DNA of 64,000 nt from an uncultured Acidobacteriota bacterium (GCA_963809485.1 CAWEJX010000020.1:320001-384000), one strand, 5' to 3'; shown: positions 1 to 10,898, counted from the first letter of the stretch. Notes: a model not told the origin generated them from the letters alone. A program made the numbers and translations.

Positions 1-25
1 CCCCTAATTCAAACCGAGGTCAAAG

Positions 26-2080
26 ATGACAGGTGGATATACAGGCAAAATATTGAGGGCAAATCTCACCAGCAAGACGATTGGAACTATCGATACGGGA
101 AAATATGAAGAATTCGGCGGCGCCCATGGAATAGGCGCAGCCATTTTCTTTGATCTTGTGGGCAACCAGCTTCCTTTCGATGCATTCGATCCCAGGAATG
201 TCATAACGGTGATGACATCGCCCTTTTCGGGCACCTATGTGCCCGGTTCCGGCCGATGCGAAGTGCAGGGACTCGCGCCCATGTATTATCCCATCGAATG
301 GTACAGCCACAGCAACTGGGGAGGACGCTTCACCGCTCAATTGAAGTATGCAGGATGGGACGGCATCGTGATCGAGGGCGCTTCCGATGAACCGGTCTGG
401 ATCAACATCATCAACGACAAGGTCACGATTGAAAAGGCCAGCGCCGGGTTGTGGGGAATGGATACCGCCGACGCTCAGGAGGAAATCTGCAGGCGTGTCA
501 TGCCCGAGGCCAAGTACGGCGAATGGGCGGAGCTGGACAATGGATATTCGACCCAGATCCCCGCAGTTGCCTGCATCGGTCTGGCAGGCGAAAACCGCAG
601 CCGGATTGCCTCTATTGTCCACGGCGCCGGCAGCAGCGCCGCGCAGGGCGGATTCGGGGGCGTCTGGGGATCCAAGAAGCTGAAGGCGATCAGTGTCATC
701 GGAACGGGGAGCGTGCCGATCGCGGAGCCCAAGGCCCTCATGGACGCCAGGCTGTGGTTCAACCAGTTCCAATGGAATGTGGACAAGCCCCTGGATCCCG
801 TAATGGAATCAAGGTCCTTCATGCTTTTCAACGGCGCCCCGAGCGGAGGCAACACCCACAATTTAAGTATCCCGCTGGAACCGGCCCGCGCGGCCGCCTG
901 CGTATCGTGTCCCAGGGGATGCCGCATGAGGCTGGCCGGTGGCAAAAGCAATGAAGCGGTCTGTGCCGGCACCGTCGAATACATGGGTATGGAAGGACCC
1001 CGCATCGATAAGATGAAGGCGACCGACCTGCTGCACGCTTACGGCATCAATCACTGGCATATCGCCGGTCCCAGAAACTATATCAATGCCCTTTACAAAA
1101 TGGGGATCCTTGGACCCGGGAAGCAGATCGAATGCGACCTGCCCATGGAGCGGTTCAACACGCTGGAATTCACCGAAGCGCTCATGCGCAGGATAGCCAG
1201 ACGCGAAGGGATAGGGGAAGCCTTGAGCGAGGGCCTTGCCCGGGCGGCGGTGAAATGGGGCCGCTTCAAGGAAGATCTGTCCAGCGGCGTCCTGAACCTG
1301 CCGTACTGGGGCTCCGTAGAACACTACGATCCCAGGATCGAAGTCGACTGGGGTTACGGATCTCTGCTCGGGGAGAGGGATATCATGATGCATACCTTCA
1401 ACTATCCCCTCCACTGGATGCCCACGGCCATGATGGGAGCGGGAGTAGAACCCTATCTTTCCGCGGAGAAAGCAGTCGAGATGGCTTCCAATGCCATGAT
1501 CCCGTACCAGGGCGACCCGTTCATGCTGGATTACGGTGAAGGCCCCACCGGCATCTATTCCGATCACAGGGTCAAACAGGTAGCATGGCACAGGCATTAC
1601 CAGAGATTCTGGATAGACTCCACCGGCTTTTGCGGATGGCGCTGGCCGATGTTCTTCACAAACAACACCGTGAACAAAGCGGGAGCCACCCCCGAAGCAG
1701 AGCCCAAGTTTTACAATGCCGTCACAGGGAAAAACATCACCTTTGCGGACGGGATGGAGATCGGGCGCAAGATTTGGAACCTGAATAAAGCGATCTGGGT
1801 TCTGCAGGGAAGGCACCGCGATCAGGAAGTATTCCCCGACTATATTTATGACAAACCATCGCGGGCGCATATCATGCCGGCATACGAGAACGGCAAGTGG
1901 AGCTATGCGGCGAATGCGGGCCGCAAATTGGACCGGACCAGGTTTGAAGAGTGGAAAACCAGGTTCTTCAAATTCGAGGGCTGGAACCCGGCCAACGGCT
2001 GGCCCAAACGAGATACCCTGGAAAGCATGGGATTGATGCGGGTCGCCGACACGCTCCAGAGCAAAGGCAAACTGGGATAG
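26..2080 (+). CDS. Aldehyde:ferredoxin oxidoreductase family (AOR/W-pterin) protein
   Basis: 684 aa; N-terminal GYTGKILRANL, GGRFTAQLKYAGWDGIVIEG, GGFGGVWGSKKLKAI, CVSCPRGC Fe-S motif and C-terminal GWP..TLE.GL pattern typical of AOR family. Confidence 0.9.
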   Translation: MTGGYTGKILRANLTSKTIGTIDTGKYEEFGGAHGIGAAIFFDLVGNQLPFDAFDPRNVITVMTSPFSGTYVPGSGRCEVQGLAPMYYPIEWYSHSNWGGRFTAQLKYAGWDGIVIEGASDEPVWINIINDKVTIEKASAGLWGMDTADAQEEICRRVMPEAKYGEWAELDNGYSTQIPAVACIGLAGENRSRIASIVHGAGSSAAQGGFGGVWGSKKLKAISVIGTGSVPIAEPKALMDARLWFNQFQWNVDKPLDPVMESRSFMLFNGAPSGGNTHNLSIPLEPARAAACVSCPRGCRMRLAGGKSNEAVCAGTVEYMGMEGPRIDKMKATDLLHAYGINHWHIAGPRNYINALYKMGILGPGKQIECDLPMERFNTLEFTEALMRRIARREGIGEALSEGLARAAVKWGRFKEDLSSGVLNLPYWGSVEHYDPRIEVDWGYGSLLGERDIMMHTFNYPLHWMPTAMMGAGVEPYLSAEKAVEMASNAMIPYQGDPFMLDYGEGPTGIYSDHRVKQVAWHRHYQRFWIDSTGFCGWRWPMFFTNNTVNKAGATPEAEPKFYNAVTGKNITFADGMEIGRKIWNLNKAIWVLQGRHRDQEVFPDYIYDKPSRAHIMPAYENGKWSYAANAGRKLDRTRFEEWKTRFFKFEGWNPANGWPKRDTLESMGLMRVADTLQSKGKLG

Positions 2081-2090
2081 CCGCCACTTC

Positions 2091-2152
2091 AAAAACGCCA
2101 CGAATTCCCCGGATTGCAATATCGCGATCCGGAGGGTCCGTGGCGTTTTTTT
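2091..2152 (+). terminator. Long imperfect hairpin with T-tail after AOR (probable intrinsic terminator)
   Basis: aaaaacgccacg...cgtggcgttttttt arms with inner ccggat...atccgg pairing, 10 bp after the AOR stop. Confidence 0.6.
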
Positions 2153-2171
2153 GTCTCCGGCAAAAAAGTTC

Positions 2172-2210
2172 TTGCCATTATGATATTACTATGATATCAC
2201 TTTGATAACA
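2172..2210 (+). promoter_or_regulatory. Promoter with three TGATA(T/A)(T/C)A boxes at 11-bp period; putative operator of the downstream RHH protein
   Basis: tgatatta 2181-2188, tgatatca 2192-2199, tgataaca 2203-2210, just downstream of a ttgcca -35-like hexamer at 2172. Confidence 0.5.
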
Positions 2211-2232
2211 CATATTTGAAAGGTGAGACACC

Positions 2233-3255
2233 ATGACTACCGAACAGGCTTCACTGAACAGAGAACGGGCTGTAAAGGTTCAAAACGGATGGATAATGCT
2301 CGTGCTGCTGATTGCTTACCTGATTTGCACTATTGGGCTGCTTATCACGTCCATCGCTGCCGGGTCTCCCAGGACCGGACCGATTCTCTGGCTTTTTCTC
2401 CCATCGCTTCTCCTCCTTGCAATATGGGCGATTTGTTTGAACGGATTTTTCACTTTGCAGCCAAACGAAGCGCGTGTGCTGGTTTTATTCGGGAAATACC
2501 TGGGGACCGTGCGTGAAAGCGGCTTTCACTGGGGCAATCCCTTTTATTCCAACGGGCCCCGGGGCATCGTGGCACCGTCTTCGGATTCCTCCAAAGACTC
2601 GTCGTCGGCCACAACCATTTCCGGCTTCGCTACGCTCATGATGCAATCCAGGAAGGGATTGCGCCGGAACAAAATTTCTTTGCGGGCTCGAACTCTGAAC
2701 GGTGAAAAGCTGAAAGTTAACGACAAGCGCGGCAACCCGATAGAAATCGCCGCGGTCGTGATCTGGCGGGTCCAGGATACGGCCCAGGCCGTTTTTGATG
2801 TTGATGATTATGTGAAATATGTGCAGACCCAGAGCGAGTCTGCTCTGAGGCATTTGACCAGCCAGTATTCTTATGATCACGGCGAGGAAAACGAAATAAC
2901 GCTCCGGAGCAACAGCACCGAAGTCTCAGCAGGGCTCAAAGTGGAACTGGAGGAGCGTTTGAGCCGCGCGGGAGTTGCCGTCGAGGAAGCGCGGTTGACC
3001 CATCTGGCATACGCACCCGAGATTGCTCAGGCGATGCTGCGCCGGCAACAGGCGGAAGCCGTCATCGCTGCCCGGCAGAAGATTGTCCAAGGTGCGGTCA
3101 GCATGGTGGATCTGGCGATTAAGGGTCTTGCCGAAAAACATGTCGTGCAGCTGGACGACGAACGGAAAGCCGCCATGGTCAGCAACCTGATGGTCGTGCT
3201 GTGCGGTGAGTCCGAGGTTCATCCCGTCGTCAATACCGGCACTCTTTACTCTTGA
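2233..3255 (+). CDS. SPFH/band-7 domain membrane protein
   Basis: Two N-terminal TM segments, [45 protein letters not shown]-terminal PVVNTG. Confidence 0.92.
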   Translation: MTTEQASLNRERAVKVQNGWIMLVLLIAYLICTIGLLITSIAAGSPRTGPILWLFLPSLLLLAIWAICLNGFFTLQPNEARVLVLFGKYLGTVRESGFHWGNPFYSNGPRGIVAPSSDSSKDSSSATTISGFATLMMQSRKGLRRNKISLRARTLNGEKLKVNDKRGNPIEIAAVVIWRVQDTAQAVFDVDDYVKYVQTQSESALRHLTSQYSYDHGEENEITLRSNSTEVSAGLKVELEERLSRAGVAVEEARLTHLAYAPEIAQAMLRRQQAEAVIAARQKIVQGAVSMVDLAIKGLAEKHVVQLDDERKAAMVSNLMVVLCGESEVHPVVNTGTLYS

Positions 3256-3271
3256 TATCGGGCTCGATGCG

Positions 3272-3448
3272 ATGGACAACAGAAAGTCATTTCTACTGCG
3301 GATTGATCCGAAGCTTTGGGCCGAGCTGGAAGGCTGGGCCGCGGACGATTTGCGCAGCATCAACGGGCAGATCGAGTATCTGCTCAAACAGGCCGTGCTC
3401 AAGCGAAAAGGACGCCCGAGCCGCGAAAATTCCGAGCAAGGTTCTTAG
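3272..3448 (+). CDS. Arc-like ribbon-helix-helix DNA-binding protein
   Basis: [35 protein letters not shown]; usual downstream partner of this SPFH subfamily; ATG at 3272. Confidence 0.85.
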   Translation: MDNRKSFLLRIDPKLWAELEGWAADDLRSINGQIEYLLKQAVLKRKGRPSRENSEQGS

Positions 3449-3477
3449 GGGCGGCCGAAGGCCCGCCCCTAAGAACC
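3440..3477. repeat. REP-like palindrome / possible terminator
   Basis: ggttcttaggggcgg ... ccgcccctaagaacc, 15-bp perfect inverted arms. Confidence 0.6.
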
Positions 3478-3643
3478 AGAGATCATTTGGGAACGAATAC
3501 GGTTACGGCCAAGTCTTCCCAACCTGACGGCGTTCCCTCGAGATTCGCCACCGGCCGGTAATACTCCTCCAGCTGAGCGTAGGGAAACCGGCTCCGCCTG
3601 GGGCACCTCAGAATCTACAAACACGAAAAAGGAGGGTTTCAAA

Positions 3644-3937
3644 ATGCCGATTTATATAACGCTGTATCAATGGACAGAACAAGGTATCAAGAGCGTCAAA
3701 GACGCACCCGCCCGCATTGAGGCCGCCATTAAAACTGCAGAAAAGACAGGCGGCAAATCCCTGGGCGTCTACCTCACAATGGGCGCCTACGACCTGGTAT
3801 CAATTTTCGATGCACCCAGCGATGAAGAAGCTTCCGCATTTTTGCTGGCACAGGGAATGCAGGGGAATGTCCGGTCCACGACGCTCCGGGCTTTCACAAA
3901 GGAGCAGTTTGCCGAAATCGTGAAGAAGCTGCCCTGA
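3644..3937 (+). CDS. GYD domain protein
   Basis: 97 aa, WTEQG...TMGAYDLV...GNVRSTTLRAF; GGAGG RBS upstream. Confidence 0.88.
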   Translation: MPIYITLYQWTEQGIKSVKDAPARIEAAIKTAEKTGGKSLGVYLTMGAYDLVSIFDAPSDEEASAFLLAQGMQGNVRSTTLRAFTKEQFAEIVKKLP

Positions 3938-4058
3938 TTCCCGGCTTTTTCAATGCTTGCAAGCGTTTGTTGGCGCAGGTTTGAGGCCGTAATTCATGCC
4001 CGGCTTGCTTCCGGTCCTGAATCCGGTCAAAATGACACCCGCGCGAAAGGAGATTTCT

Positions 4059-4421
4059 GTGGCCAACGACGATCGGATTGCGCGGCTTGAAAAACAGGTC
4101 GAATATCTGTCCAACCGGCTTGGAATAGCCGAGGACATTCTTGCGATAAGGAATCTTCAGCACAAATACGGTTACTATATGGACAAAGGCTTTTACGAGG
4201 CAGTTCTTGCCCTTTTGTCCAAGGGCTGCGAGGTCCATTTTCTCGGCGGAATTTTCAGGGGCAAGACCGGCGCGCAAAGGCTTTTCATAGAACGATTTCG
4301 CGCCAGATTCCAGAGAGGGACGGACGGCCCCAAGCCGGGGGTGCCGATGGAGCACCTGCAACTTCAGGATGTCATCGACGTGGCGCCGGACAGAAACAAT
4401 GGAAGGATTTATCGTGGTTGA
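4059..4421 (+). pseudogene. SnoaL/NTF2-family protein, C-terminally truncated
   Basis: EDILAIRNLQHKYGYYMDKG...HLQLQDVIDVAPD, then the ORF runs into the start of the next gene and stops; the second half of the domain is missing. Confidence 0.6.
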
Positions 4422-6066
4422 TTTACTGGCACAAAATCCGCTGCTTCTGCTTTTTACCGTGATCGGTATCGGCTACCTGATCGGCAATATCAATATTTTG
4501 GGCTTCAAGCTGGGAGTGGCGGCGGTGCTTTTCACGGGAATATTTTTCGGCGCGATCGACCGCCGCCTGAGCCTGCCCGAGCATATCTACATCATCGGGC
4601 TGGTTCTGTTCGTCTATGCGATCGGCCTCCAATCCGGCCATGGTTTTTTTGCCTCTTTCAGAAAGCGGGGGCTCCGCTTCAGCATCATCGCGTGCCTGCT
4701 TCTCTGCGCGGGCGCGGCAGCGGCGATCCTTATCCGCACTTTTATGGGCCTTTCGGCTCCCAGCGCAGCGGGACTTTTTTGCGGGGCATTGACCAACACG
4801 CCGGCTCTGGCCGCAGCCGTGGAAACCGCCAAGAACCTGTCCGCCAACCTCCCGCCCGAAACCCGCGAGCTCTATGTCAACAGCCCGGTAGTCACCTACG
4901 GCCTGGCTTACCCGTTCGGAGTGTTCGGGGTGATCCTGTGGTTTTTCATCTTCAGCAAATTCATGAAGGTCGACCATGCGAAAGAGGCAACGGAGGCGCG
5001 CCGGGAATCCGCCAGAGAGGCCATCTTCAGCCGCACTTATAAAATCATCAACCCGGCGATCGTGGGGAAAACGGTGGAGGATGTGCTTGCGCCGGTCAAG
5101 GACTTTGGCTTCGTCCTCAGCCGGATCAAGAAGGGAAACAGGACCGACATTGTGCAATCCCAAACAGTGCTGGAGCTGAACGACTTGATCGTTGCCGTGG
5201 GCGATGAGACCGCCATGAAGCGGGCGGAGCTGATCTTCGGCGAGCAGCCCCAGGAGCACCTGGCCGAAGGACTGGGCGGCATCAGCTATCGGAGGATCTT
5301 CGTTTCGAAAAAGGCCGTGGCGGGAAAGGCAATCCGCGAGCTGAATCTTTCCAGCGAAATGCACGCCATTATCACCCGCCTCAGGCGGGGTGATGTCGAT
5401 ATCGTTCCCGGGCCGGACACAGTACTGGAGATGGGCGACCGCATCCGCGTGCTCACGCAGCGGGACAACATGGACCGCGTCACCAAATTTTTCGGCGATT
5501 CGCTCAAATCGGTATCCGAAACGGATTACCTTTCGCTTTCGCTGGGAATAGTCCTCGGGGTATTCCTGGGAATGATACCCATCCCCCTCCCGCACGGCCT
5601 GAATTTCAAACTCGGATTCGCGGGCGGTCCGCTGATTGCCGGATTGATCCTGGGCCGGCTCGAACGCACGGGGCCGATCACCTGGGAGATGCCCTTTAAC
5701 GCCAACCTGGTTCTGCGCCAGGTGGGCCTGGTATTTTTCCTGGCGGCGATCGGGACCAAGGCGGGCGACGGATTCGGCGCGACCTTCCAGACGGGCGGAT
5801 GGGGATTGATCGGGGCAGCCGCAATCATTACGACTTTCGTGACGATACTCACCCTCCTGGTCGGCTATAAATACCTCAAGCTGCCGATGGCCGCCGTGAT
5901 GGGGATGATGTCGGGCATCCAGACTCAACCGGCCTGCCTGGCCTATGCCAACCAGCAGACGGATAACGACGTGCCCAACATCTGGTACACCACGGTCTAT
6001 CCGGCCGCGATGGTAGCCAAGATCATCCTCGCACAGATCATCGTATCGATCCTGATCATGATTTAG
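4399..6066 (+). CDS. AspT/YidE/YbjL family aspartate:alanine exchanger with two TrkA-C domains
   Basis: GALTNTPAL, YGLAYPFGV, central RCK-C repeats (RLRRGDVD), GGPLIAGLILG, GIQTQPACLAYA. Confidence 0.92.
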   Translation: MEGFIVVDLLAQNPLLLLFTVIGIGYLIGNINILGFKLGVAAVLFTGIFFGAIDRRLSLPEHIYIIGLVLFVYAIGLQSGHGFFASFRKRGLRFSIIACLLLCAGAAAAILIRTFMGLSAPSAAGLFCGALTNTPALAAAVETAKNLSANLPPETRELYVNSPVVTYGLAYPFGVFGVILWFFIFSKFMKVDHAKEATEARRESAREAIFSRTYKIINPAIVGKTVEDVLAPVKDFGFVLSRIKKGNRTDIVQSQTVLELNDLIVAVGDETAMKRAELIFGEQPQEHLAEGLGGISYRRIFVSKKAVAGKAIRELNLSSEMHAIITRLRRGDVDIVPGPDTVLEMGDRIRVLTQRDNMDRVTKFFGDSLKSVSETDYLSLSLGIVLGVFLGMIPIPLPHGLNFKLGFAGGPLIAGLILGRLERTGPITWEMPFNANLVLRQVGLVFFLAAIGTKAGDGFGATFQTGGWGLIGAAAIITTFVTILTLLVGYKYLKLPMAAVMGMMSGIQTQPACLAYANQQTDNDVPNIWYTTVYPAAMVAKIILAQIIVSILIMI

Positions 6067-6238
6067 TGCATCTCGATATTCGGTATTTGCTGCGGGAACA
6101 CCGGGGAAAATGCACGTCCCTTCATTTGTCCAGCGGACACTGCCTCACCGGCAGAACCGATGGGGGTCCCCATGAATTGGGAGGGAGGCCTGCCAAGCCG
6201 CAAGACATAAAGGCCGAACAGGAGTCACGGGCGATTCC

Positions 6239-7483
6239 TCAGGCCGGGAGAGCGGTCTTCCGGATCGACTCGATCCGTTGCAGCAGAGGCGGATGCGAGT
6301 AGTGCAGGAAGACGAACAGAGGATGCGGCGTCAGGTTCGAGAGGTTTTTTACAGAAAGCTTTTTCAGCGCCGAGACCATCTCTTCAGCGTTATCTACTGT
6401 CCGGGCAGCAAAGGAGTCCGCTTCCCTTTCATGCTTGCGCGAGAAGGCATTGAGAAGGATCGACAGGACGAAGGAAAGGGGTTCGTACAGGAGGCCGAAA
6501 AACACCAGGCTGCCGCAAACCGAAACGCCCTCCATGTAAAAAGCATCGAAAAGCCTCGCGTTGTTCAGGAACAAAGACAACAAAAAAAACACGATTCCGG
6601 CATCAACGATACCAATAAGAATACCCTGGAGGACGTGCTTTTTCTTCTGATGACCGATTTCGTGGGCCAGCACGGCCACAAGTTCCGCAACCGTGTGCTG
6701 CTCGATCAGCGTGTCATACAGGGCAATCCTTCGGTTCCTGCCGAAACCCGTGAAAAAGGCATTGGCCTTACTGGAGCGCTTGGACCCATCCATTACAAAG
6801 ATGTCCCTGAAGGCGAATCCGACCTTGGCCGCATATTGTGAGATGCGCCCCTTCAGCTCTCCCTGAGGGAGCGGCGTGAATTTGTTGAATAGCGGCATAA
6901 TCCAGACCGGCGCCACAAACTGAAGGACGAGCACGAAAAGCGCCGAAATAATCCAGCAGTAAAGCCAGGCGAGGCTTCCGGCATACTGGAAGAACCAGAG
7001 AATGGCCGCCAGCAATGGGATGCCCAGGGCTGCAGCCAGGGCGAGCGATTTGAGCCGGTCCATGACGAAAGTCCGGGGCGTGGTCCTGTTAAATCCGAAC
7101 TTTTCTTCAATTACAAAAGTGGAATAAATGGCAAACGGGATGGAGAGTATCGTATCCGCAAGGAAAATCGCGCCGATGTAAAGAATACCCGTGATCGTGC
7201 TGTTGAAGCCGAAGCTTCGCATGAGCTGGTCCAGCCAATTGAATCCGCCGGCAAACCAGAAAATCAGCAGGACGACCAGGTCAAAAGAGCTGCCCGCGAT
7301 CCCGAGCCACGCGTGTGCGCGGGTGTACTGCTGGGACCTGGAATATTGCTGCGGGTCATAGAAATCCTGCAATTCGGCTGGGAGATCCGCCCGCAGGGAC
7401 CGGAGGTTCAGCCATTCCGAGATCAGATCAACCAGAAATTTTGCCAGAAGCGCAGCCACGATGAAGATGAGATAGAAGTTCAT
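6239..7483 (-). CDS. M48 family (Ste24-like) zinc metalloprotease
   Basis: GSKRSSKANAFFTG, HEIGH, E.EAD and YSHPPL motifs; multiple TM helices. Confidence 0.93.
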   Translation of the reverse strand: MNFYLIFIVAALLAKFLVDLISEWLNLRSLRADLPAELQDFYDPQQYSRSQQYTRAHAWLGIAGSSFDLVVLLIFWFAGGFNWLDQLMRSFGFNSTITGILYIGAIFLADTILSIPFAIYSTFVIEEKFGFNRTTPRTFVMDRLKSLALAAALGIPLLAAILWFFQYAGSLAWLYCWIISALFVLVLQFVAPVWIMPLFNKFTPLPQGELKGRISQYAAKVGFAFRDIFVMDGSKRSSKANAFFTGFGRNRRIALYDTLIEQHTVAELVAVLAHEIGHQKKKHVLQGILIGIVDAGIVFFLLSLFLNNARLFDAFYMEGVSVCGSLVFFGLLYEPLSFVLSILLNAFSRKHEREADSFAARTVDNAEEMVSALKKLSVKNLSNLTPHPLFVFLHYSHPPLLQRIESIRKTALPA

Positions 7484-7664
7484 GGGCCCTCGGGATCCGG
7501 GAATATGCGATCGCCAACCATGTGTAAGCCTGCTTCTATATCATGCATATAAGGGCTGTCGAATGAAAGCTTTCCCTTTTTCGAGTTGCGGATCCACGCC
7601 CTTCAATCAAGAACACAGATTCGCGCCTGCGCCGCCGGGGCAGAAAAGCCGACGGAAATACGGG

Positions 7665-9008
7665 CTAACCTTCGATGGATGGGGTCCCTTTCAGCAATTC
7701 ATATCCTTCGGAGCGCGCAACGTAGGTCGCTGCTGTAATGTCGCCGACAACGTTCAGTGTAGTGCGGCACATGTCGAGAATGCGGTCGACTCCAAGAATG
7801 ATCGAAATCAGCGAGGGCTCCACTCCTACCGTTGTCAAAACAACCACAACAAATGGAATCGAGCCGGAGGGCACACCGGCCGTTCCGATCCCGCCCAAAA
7901 TTGCCAGGTACAGAACCAGCAATTGCTGTCCCAAACTCAGATCGACACCCCCCAGCTGTGCCAGAAACAGCACGGCGACTCCTTCGTAGAGCGCCGTTCC
8001 GTTCTGGTTGGCCGTCGCGCCGACCGTCAGGACGAAGCTGTTGATTCCCCGGGGCACGCCCAGGTTTTCTTCCGAAATGCGGAGTGCTGTCGGAAGGGTC
8101 GCGTTGGACGACGAAGTCGAGAATGCGGTCAACATCACTGTTTTGATGCGCCGGAAGAATTCCATCGGTGCGATTCGCGAAAGAAAACGCACCGAGAGGG
8201 AGTAAATTCCGAACATGTGGATCGAAAGGCCGGCAAGGACTGTGATCATGAACCAGAACAAAGCAACCAGAAGATCAAGACCGAACCGGGCGGTATTGTT
8301 GAAGAGCAAACAAGCCACCGCATAGGGGGCCAGGAGCATGATGATGTCGATAATCCGGGCTGAGACTGCAAACAGGCTCTCCATGACATGTACCCAGGGA
8401 GCGGCCGTCTGCGCAGGAATCAGCGTGACCGCCACGCCGATCAGGAGCGCAAAGAATATCAAGTGGAGCATGTTGGGCGTCTCGCCGGAAACAGACGTGA
8501 AGATGTTCGACGGGACGAGTGTCTTGACTGCCCGTGTCAGCACGGAATCCATGCCGCCGCCTGGCGCCATGGTCTCATTTATCCGGCCGGTCGCTTCCGG
8601 CCCATAGTGGTCTTCAAGCTGGACCGCCGTGCTATGGTTTATGCGCTTTCCGGGCTTAATCGCATTGGCCAGCGTCAGACCGATCAGGACGGAGATGGTG
8701 GAAAGCACAAGCGTATACCCGAGCGCCTTAAGCCCGATGCGCCCAAGTTTTCGGATGCTCCCAACCGCAGCGACGCCGACAATCAAAGACGAGAACACCA
8801 GCGGTACCACAACCAGCAGAAGGAGACGCAGGAATAGAGTGCCTGCAGGCTCCGTCACATTCCTCACTGTCCACGCGATCGCAGGATGATTGCCGCCGAG
8901 GATAAGGTTTGCCCCAATACCTGCCACGACGCCGGTCAACAGGCCGATGAGTATGCGTGCATGCAGCGGCATGCCATGGAGCCGCTTCCCCGCCGTTTCC
9001 TTTGCCAT
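7665..9008 (-). CDS. Dicarboxylate/amino acid:cation symporter (GltP/DAACS family)
   Basis: AFSTSSSNATLP, GATANQNGTALY, GTAGVP, DRILDMCRT.NV.GD motifs. Confidence 0.93.
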   Translation of the reverse strand: MAKETAGKRLHGMPLHARILIGLLTGVVAGIGANLILGGNHPAIAWTVRNVTEPAGTLFLRLLLLVVVPLVFSSLIVGVAAVGSIRKLGRIGLKALGYTLVLSTISVLIGLTLANAIKPGKRINHSTAVQLEDHYGPEATGRINETMAPGGGMDSVLTRAVKTLVPSNIFTSVSGETPNMLHLIFFALLIGVAVTLIPAQTAAPWVHVMESLFAVSARIIDIIMLLAPYAVACLLFNNTARFGLDLLVALFWFMITVLAGLSIHMFGIYSLSVRFLSRIAPMEFFRRIKTVMLTAFSTSSSNATLPTALRISEENLGVPRGINSFVLTVGATANQNGTALYEGVAVLFLAQLGGVDLSLGQQLLVLYLAILGGIGTAGVPSGSIPFVVVVLTTVGVEPSLISIILGVDRILDMCRTTLNVVGDITAATYVARSEGYELLKGTPSIEG

Positions 9009-9015
9009 GATTTGT

Positions 9016-9774
9016 CTATTCCTTCCTAAGCGTTTTCTGTAGGGCTTCCACTCTCCGGCGATTCTCTTCGGTCCCGATAAAGCTCCTCAACATCCTCTCC
9101 TGGGCGCGCATGGAGCGGTCCAGGTCGGAATGAATCACCATGTGGCTGAGGGCTTTCGTCTCGATCAGCGTCCTTCGGTCATAGCCCGCCATTTCAAAGG
9201 CAGCCGACATGGCGGACTTGAGGAACTGCCCTTCCGGGAAAACCCGGCTCAAGTATCCCATGCGCAGAGCTTCTTCAGCGCCGTATATCCTTCCCGTGAG
9301 CGCAACTTCGCGGGCATTGCCCAATCCGATGATGCGCCACAGGGGATCCAACAGGGGCGTCAAGGCGAGCGGCACCTCGCGCTGGCCGAACCGGGCCCCG
9401 GCGGAGGCATACCGGATGTCGCACATAAGAGTAAGGTCAAATCCTCCGGCAATGGCCGCTCCGCCAACCGCCGCTATAACGGGCACAGGGCAAAACAGAA
9501 TCGCCCTGCAGGCTCGATGATACAGGCTGCAAAAATGAGCGCTGTCATCTTTTTCGATTCTGCGGATATAGTCCAGATCCAGGCCGGCACTGAAAACCTT
9601 TTCGCCGCCGGTCAACACGATTACATGGACCGTTTCATCGGCGCCGTACCGCTCGAACGCAGACTCTATCTCCCCCAACATGGCGGGCAACAACGCATTA
9701 TGCTTCTCCGGACGGTTCATCAGGATTGTGGCAACCCTTCTTTCAACCGAATTTCGTATAAACCGGAATCCCAT
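9016..9774 (-). CDS. Enoyl-CoA hydratase/isomerase family protein
   Basis: NRPEKHNAL, FSAGLDL, AIAGGFDL..CDIR crotonase motifs. Confidence 0.9.
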   Translation of the reverse strand: MGFRFIRNSVERRVATILMNRPEKHNALLPAMLGEIESAFERYGADETVHVIVLTGGEKVFSAGLDLDYIRRIEKDDSAHFCSLYHRACRAILFCPVPVIAAVGGAAIAGGFDLTLMCDIRYASAGARFGQREVPLALTPLLDPLWRIIGLGNAREVALTGRIYGAEEALRMGYLSRVFPEGQFLKSAMSAAFEMAGYDRRTLIETKALSHMVIHSDLDRSMRAQERMLRSFIGTEENRRRVEALQKTLRKE

Positions 9775-9943
9775 TTCCCCTCCTTGCAGTCCCGGGCGTG
9801 GCTGCGCGTCCCCAGATTACAGCGGCTCGTGATCCCGCCCAATGTCATTGTATGCGGCCCGCAAGGCCTCCAGGAACCCGAAAATGCTCCTGGATGGATG
9901 TGCCTCTCAAGGACCGTTGCAGATTGCGGGGCAATTGTCTTGC

Positions 9944-9960
9944 CGGCACGGCTCGTGCTA
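9944..9960 (+). promoter_or_regulatory. Candidate sigma-54 promoter
   Basis: cGGcacggctcgtGCta: GG at 9945-46 and GC at 9957-58 (GG-N10-GC), 36 bp upstream of the ATG at 9994. Confidence 0.4.
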
Positions 9961-9993
9961 AAATATCAGAAAAACCGGATTAGGGAGGACATT

Positions 9994-10734
9994 ATGCACT
10001 CTACGGGATCCGGAGAGACTTATGGGAGCGCCCACATCACAGAGCGCCAGATATGGCTCCATGATGTGCAACAAAAGGCATCCCAGCCAAGCCCTGCGGA
10101 AAAATCATCCAATTACAGATTTTTGACCATATCCCGCCTGATAGGCAGTCTGGGCGATCAGGTCGCCGGCGAGCTGGCGCATCGCCTGGGCTGGCATGTT
10201 TACGACAAGGAAATTGTCGACGCCATAGCGGAGGACAACCGCGTTCGTCAGAACCTTGTGGAGGAACTCGACGAACGCTCTCAGAATCTGGTGCACGACA
10301 CGGTTCAGCGTTTTTTGCGAATGGCCGAGGGCCACTCCTTCGGAATACAGGAATATCATGAAGCCCTGCTGAAGACGCTTGCATTGCTTGCCGCAAGAGG
10401 GCAAGCCGTGCTGGTCGGACGCGGCGCCAACTTTGTGCTGCATGGCGCCGGCTGCGGTATCCACGTTCGCATTACAGCGGATACGGATGTCAGAATTCAG
10501 CGAATGGCCAAGGCGTGGGATACGTCTCCCGAAAATGCCCGCCGCAGGCTGCAGCAAATGGACAAGGACCGCCGCGATTTCATCCGCCAGCACTTCAGGC
10601 AGGACCCCGACGATCCTCGCTTCTATGACGCGGTCTTTCGAACGGACATCCTCTCCGTTCAGGAAGTGGCGGACGCGGTTCTCGCTCTTTTGAGCGGCTT
10701 CGGCGAACGCCATGCCGAGTCCAGGCGCCGGTGA
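9994..10734 (+). CDS. Cytidylate kinase-like family protein
   Basis: LTISRLIGSLG..VA..LA..LGW.VYDKEI, VLVGRGANFVL, D.DRR.F, YD.V; GGAGG RBS before ATG 9994. Confidence 0.85.
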   Translation: MHSTGSGETYGSAHITERQIWLHDVQQKASQPSPAEKSSNYRFLTISRLIGSLGDQVAGELAHRLGWHVYDKEIVDAIAEDNRVRQNLVEELDERSQNLVHDTVQRFLRMAEGHSFGIQEYHEALLKTLALLAARGQAVLVGRGANFVLHGAGCGIHVRITADTDVRIQRMAKAWDTSPENARRRLQQMDKDRRDFIRQHFRQDPDDPRFYDAVFRTDILSVQEVADAVLALLSGFGERHAESRRR

Positions 10735-10898
10735 ACCCTCGGCCCCGTGTCATAGCGCACGGATTTTCAGTAGATCTCCGCAGATTTCAATCTGTGAAGA
10801 TGGAGGTTGTTGTGTGCCCGATTCGTTGGCTTTGTGTAAACAAGAGCCGAAAGCGCAGCCCAGGAAAGTCTTCCCGGTTTCGGGCTTCCAAGCCAATT

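Noticed and set aside
4423-5928. Long antisense ORFs (also 863-2119, 25913-27322, 31587-33065, 38606-39829, 52143-53720)
   Set aside because: They shadow well-supported genes on the opposite strand in GC-rich DNA and have no recognisable motifs.
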